Positions 60,494 through 64,000 of a DNA stretch of 64,000 nucleotides are shown here, in pieces. Position numbers and translations under genes: made by a program. The stretch spans positions 10,382-74,381 of the forward strand of contig JAJFKD010000037.1 of NCBI GenBank assembly GCA_021773405.1, read 5' to 3'. The DNA comes from Porticoccus sp. GTDB taxonomy: Bacteria; Pseudomonadota; Gammaproteobacteria; Pseudomonadales; Porticoccaceae. Below the pieces are notes generated by a model, which was not told the DNA's origin, searched no databases, and saw only the letters and a program-made list of their open reading frames with translations. The number at the start of each line of letters is the position of its first letter. Positions within the stretch are counted from its first letter, which is position 1.

Positions 60494-61480
60494 ATGACTG
60501 AATCAGTAAATACATCAATGCAACAGAAATACGGCCGGGTCGGCGTACTCTATGGCGGCGCTTCTGCTGAGCGGGATATTTCGTTGCTGTCAGGCGATTC
60601 AGTGATTAAGTCACTGCGGCGTAGTGGTGTGGATATTGTGCCCATTGATGTCAGTGATGATCTCTTACAGAGGCTACCTGAGCATCAGTTAGATCGCGCA
60701 CTCATTATGTTGCATGGGCCGGGTGGTGAAGATGGAAGTTTGCAAGGGGCGTTGCAGTTTTATGGCTTGCCCTACACCGGAAGCGGTGTGTTTGCCTCCG
60801 CATTGGCCATGGACAAGTTACACAGCAAGCAATTTTGGCAAGGTGTTGGTGTGCCCACCGCCAAGTTTGCCGTACTTAATGAGAATACTGATTGGCAGCA
60901 AACATTGAGTGACTTGGGTGGCGTGGTGATGGTGAAGCCTTCCCATGAGGGTTCAAGCCTGGGAATGACAAGAGCAGATACACCGGAAGCCCTAGAGAAA
61001 GCTTGGCAAGCAGCTGCGCAATTAGATAACAGTGTGATTGCAGAGCAATGGATTTCTGGTGCTGAGTATACCGTTGCCATGTTAGGTGGTGAGGTGTTGC
61101 CGGCAATAAAACTTGAGACAGATCATGCTTTTTACGATTACGACGCGAAGTATTTGGCTGATGACACACGCTATTTGTGCCCATGTGGTTTGCCTGAAAA
61201 AGAAGAGGCATCTCTTCGTGGGTTGGCAAAAAAAGCCTTCGAGAGTTTGGGTTGTAGTGGCTGGGGCCGAGTTGATGTGATGACCAATGCAGCAGGCGAA
61301 TTTTTTGTGTTGGAGGTGAATACCGTGCCGGGTATGACGGATCACAGCTTGGTGCCAATGGCCGCTGCTGCTGCTGGATACAGTTTTGATGCCTTGGTAT
61401 TAAAAATATTGGACACCACCTTTTTAAGAGAAAAATCAGCGATGAATAAATCGTCGTTAAACACTAGAGCGAGCGTTTGA
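60494..61480 (+). CDS. ddl: D-alanine--D-alanine ligase
   Basis: VGVLYGGASAEREISL, HGPGGEDGSLQG and EVNTVPGMT. I prefer ATG 60494 over GTG 60470. Confidence 0.92.
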   Translation: MTESVNTSMQQKYGRVGVLYGGASAERDISLLSGDSVIKSLRRSGVDIVPIDVSDDLLQRLPEHQLDRALIMLHGPGGEDGSLQGALQFYGLPYTGSGVFASALAMDKLHSKQFWQGVGVPTAKFAVLNENTDWQQTLSDLGGVVMVKPSHEGSSLGMTRADTPEALEKAWQAAAQLDNSVIAEQWISGAEYTVAMLGGEVLPAIKLETDHAFYDYDAKYLADDTRYLCPCGLPEKEEASLRGLAKKAFESLGCSGWGRVDVMTNAAGEFFVLEVNTVPGMTDHSLVPMAAAAAGYSFDALVLKILDTTFLREKSAMNKSSLNTRASV

Positions 61481-61484
61481 GGCG

Positions 61485-62279
61485 ATGGCGACAAATCGTT
61501 TAAAAGCAGGTGTAGCTGGTCAGGGTGAGTCTTCGTCTTGGAAGGAAAAGCTGAGCTGGTTGTCTCGTAGTTTGTCACTGTTGTTCGTTGTGGCGTTGAT
61601 CACTGGCGCGATATGGGGTGGTGAAAAAATATTCCATAAGTTGGATGTGCCTATTGGGGTTATCTCAGTAAAAGGGCAGTTCAGTTATGTAGATCAGGCT
61701 GAGGTTCAGCGCCGAGTAGAGCCTTTGATTGACGGCGGGATTCTCAGTTTGGATCTTGATGGGATTCGAAGCCAGTTGGAGATGCATCCCTGGATAGAGC
61801 AAGCAACCGTTAGTCGTCAATGGCCAGGTGGTTTGGTTATCACAGTGAAAGAAGAAGTGCCTATTGCCCGTTGGGGAAAGACGGGGTTTTTAAATAGCCG
61901 CGGAGAGATGTTGGAAATACCGGATAACAGTATTTTGGCTCATTTACCTTTATTGCAAGGCGACGTGAATGCTGAGCGTTCATTGATGAAAGCTTATCGA
62001 GAGATTGCTCAATTGCTGCAGCCCTCAAGTTTAAAGATAGCTGGCTTAAAGCGTGATGAACGAGGTGCTTGGTGGTTGAGTTTGGCTAACGGGCTGGAAC
62101 TTGTTATTGGGCGTGACCAGGTGATGGAAAAAATGCGTCGTTTTTTAGTGGTATGGACATCCACGTTGAAAGGTAAAGCAGCGCAAATTGTCAGTGTAGA
62201 TATCCGTTATGACAACGGCATAGCAGTGCAGTGGGCTGAAAAGTCTACAGAAGCATCCAATTTATCGGGGAAGGTGTGA
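61485..62279 (+). CDS. ftsQ: Cell division protein FtsQ
   Basis: Bitopic protein with POTRA and FtsQ domains (..HPWIEQATVSRQWPGGLVITVKE); 264 aa. Confidence 0.9.
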   Translation: MATNRLKAGVAGQGESSSWKEKLSWLSRSLSLLFVVALITGAIWGGEKIFHKLDVPIGVISVKGQFSYVDQAEVQRRVEPLIDGGILSLDLDGIRSQLEMHPWIEQATVSRQWPGGLVITVKEEVPIARWGKTGFLNSRGEMLEIPDNSILAHLPLLQGDVNAERSLMKAYREIAQLLQPSSLKIAGLKRDERGAWWLSLANGLELVIGRDQVMEKMRRFLVVWTSTLKGKAAQIVSVDIRYDNGIAVQWAEKSTEASNLSGKV

Positions 62280-62288
62280 GGTCGAAAG

Positions 62289-63527
62289 ATGGCGAACTCA
62301 AGTGAAGAACAATTGATTGTCGGGCTGGATATTGGAACCTCCAAGGTGGTTTCCATTGTCGGCCAGACAGGCCCTGATGGAACCCTCGAAATTGTGGGTA
62401 CGGGACTACACCCTTCATCTGGTTTGAAAAAAGGTGTGGTGGTCAATATTGAGTCCACTGTTCATTCAATTCAGCGTGCGATTGAAGAAGCAGAATTAAT
62501 GGCAGGTTGCCATATACATTCAGTATTTGCTGGTATTGCTGGCAGTCATATACGCAGCCTGAATTCCCATGGGATTGTCGCTATTCGGGATCGTGAAGTG
62601 CTGCCACTGGATATCGAGCGTGTTATTGATGCGGCTAGGGCTGTAGCGATTCCTGCCGACCAGGAAATACTCCATGTACTGCCCCAGGAATTCATTATCG
62701 ACAACCAGGAAGGTGTGAGAGAGCCGCTGGGTATGTCTGGTGTTCGTCTTGAATCCAAGGTGCATTTGGTGACCTGTGCTGCCAATGCAGCTCAAAACAT
62801 TAAAAAATGTATACGTCGATGTGGCCTTGAAGTGGACGACATTATTTTAGAGCAGCTTGCATCCAGCTATGCCGTGCTAACAGAAGACGAGAAGCAATTG
62901 GGTGTGTGCTTGGTGGATATCGGTGGTGGTACCACGGATATTGCTATTTTCACTGATGGAGCCATTCGACATACGGGTGTCATTCCAATTGCGGGTGATC
63001 AGGTCACTAATGATATTGCTCATGCTTTGAGAACACCGACGGCCCACGCCGAAGAACTAAAAATCAAATATGCCTGTGCGTTAGCCAAGCTAGCAGGGCC
63101 AGAGGAGACTATTAAGGTCCCTAGTGTGGGAGATCGGCCTCATCGGGATTTATCCCGCCAGGCATTGGCCGAAGTCATTGAGCCGCGTTATGACGAATTA
63201 TTTACATTGGTTCAAGCTGAATTGCGTCGCAGTGGTTTTGAAGACCTTGTGGCTGCCGGAATGGTACTGACGGGTGGCACGGCCAAGATGGAAGGTGTCG
63301 TTGAGTTAGCGGAGGAGATTTTCCATATGCCCGTCAGATTAGGTGCGCCCCATAACATAAAGGGACTAACGGATATTGTCGATAATCCGATCTATTCAAC
63401 GGGTGTTGGGTTATTGCTTTATGGCATGCAGCAGCAGGCTGAAGGTTCTACACCTTCCAAGCGGCGAGAAAGCAGTGGAGAAGGTTTGATGAGCCGAATG
63501 AAGGGCTGGTTTCAGGGTAATTTATAA
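62289..63527 (+). CDS. ftsA: Cell division protein FtsA
   Basis: Actin-like ATPase ([19 protein letters not shown]) with a C-terminal amphipathic helix (MKGWFQGNL). Confidence 0.95.
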   Translation: MANSSEEQLIVGLDIGTSKVVSIVGQTGPDGTLEIVGTGLHPSSGLKKGVVVNIESTVHSIQRAIEEAELMAGCHIHSVFAGIAGSHIRSLNSHGIVAIRDREVLPLDIERVIDAARAVAIPADQEILHVLPQEFIIDNQEGVREPLGMSGVRLESKVHLVTCAANAAQNIKKCIRRCGLEVDDIILEQLASSYAVLTEDEKQLGVCLVDIGGGTTDIAIFTDGAIRHTGVIPIAGDQVTNDIAHALRTPTAHAEELKIKYACALAKLAGPEETIKVPSVGDRPHRDLSRQALAEVIEPRYDELFTLVQAELRRSGFEDLVAAGMVLTGGTAKMEGVVELAEEIFHMPVRLGAPHNIKGLTDIVDNPIYSTGVGLLLYGMQQQAEGSTPSKRRESSGEGLMSRMKGWFQGNL

Positions 63528-63571
63528 ATTTTTGTTTTAACTTTAGACAGGGTAAACGAGGGGTAATCGTT

Positions 63572-64000
63572 ATGTTTCAAATAGTAGAAAACGTGCCGGA
63601 TAGCGCGGAAATTAAGGTGATCGGTGTTGGTGGCGGTGGTGGTAATGCACTTCGTCATATGATGGAGAGTACCGTTGATGGAGTAGAATTTATCTGCGCC
63701 AATACGGATGCTCAGGCACTGAAAGATATTGGTGATGCAACCGTCTTACAGTTGGGTAATGGCCTAACTAAAGGGTTGGGTGCGGGAGCCAATCCAGATG
63801 TGGGTCGCCAGGCGGCTATGGAGGATCGTGATCGCATTGCTGATGTGCTTCAGGGGTCTGATATGGTCTTTATCACAGCAGGGATGGGTGGTGGAACCGG
63901 AACCGGCGCTGCTCCTATTGTTGCTGATGTTGCTAAAGAGCTGGGTATTTTGACGGTAGCTGTTGTGACACGCCCCTTCATATTTGAAGGGCGTAAACGC
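63572..64000 (+). CDS. ftsZ: Cell division GTPase FtsZ, first 143 codons; the gene runs off the right edge
   Basis: Manual translation gives [30 protein letters not shown]... and the [10 protein letters not shown] tubulin signature. Confidence 0.95.
   Translation, partial: MFQIVENVPDSAEIKVIGVGGGGGNALRHMMESTVDGVEFICANTDAQALKDIGDATVLQLGNGLTKGLGAGANPDVGRQAAMEDRDRIADVLQGSDMVFITAGMGGGTGTGAAPIVADVAKELGILTVAVVTRPFIFEGRKR

Overview
This 64-kb stretch comes from a gammaproteobacterial chromosome with moderate-to-low GC (mid-40s % by eye). It is almost entirely conserved housekeeping genes, in an order close to the Pseudomonas and E. coli yra/yrb/yhb layouts. Gene order: ctpA-envC-gpmI | yibN-secB | ntrC-ntrB-DUF4124-glnA | thiI | membrane-anchored cold-shock-domain protein | typA | tag | pip | yjgA-mgtE | ptsO-rapZ-ptsN-hpf-rpoN-lptB-lptA-lptC-kdsC-kdsD-yrbG | mlaC-ibaG-murA-hisG-hisD-hisC | degS-zapG | zapE-rplM-rpsI-petA-petB::petC-sspA-sspB-thiolase | dolP-diaA-yraN-lpoA | rsmI | parA-like | rnpB | complete dcw cluster mraZ-rsmH-ftsL-ftsI-murE-murF-mraY-murD-ftsW-murG-murC-ddl-ftsQ-ftsA-ftsZ (ftsZ truncated at the right edge). 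There is one ncRNA, RNase P RNA. By eye I found no tRNA, rRNA, CRISPR array, transposase, integrase, phage gene or defence or accessory island, and I see no evidence here for a novel multi-gene system. The oddities worth a second look are local. (1) yraN has no in-frame start codon; its ATG is one frame off across an A7 tract that forms an A_AAA_AAA_G slippery site. (2) Cytochrome b and c1 are fused in one ORF with an internal signal peptide (fbcH-like). (3) An orphan ParA-like ATPase sits between rsmI and rnpB, with palindromic upstream motifs. (4) A tail-anchored cold-shock-domain protein lies divergent from typA/bipA. (5) mlaC stands alone, with mlaFED and mlaB missing from the conserved locus. 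(6) Clear NtrC/sigma-54 and MraZ operator architectures can be read directly. All protein calls rest on motif recognition and synteny from memory; no database search was run.
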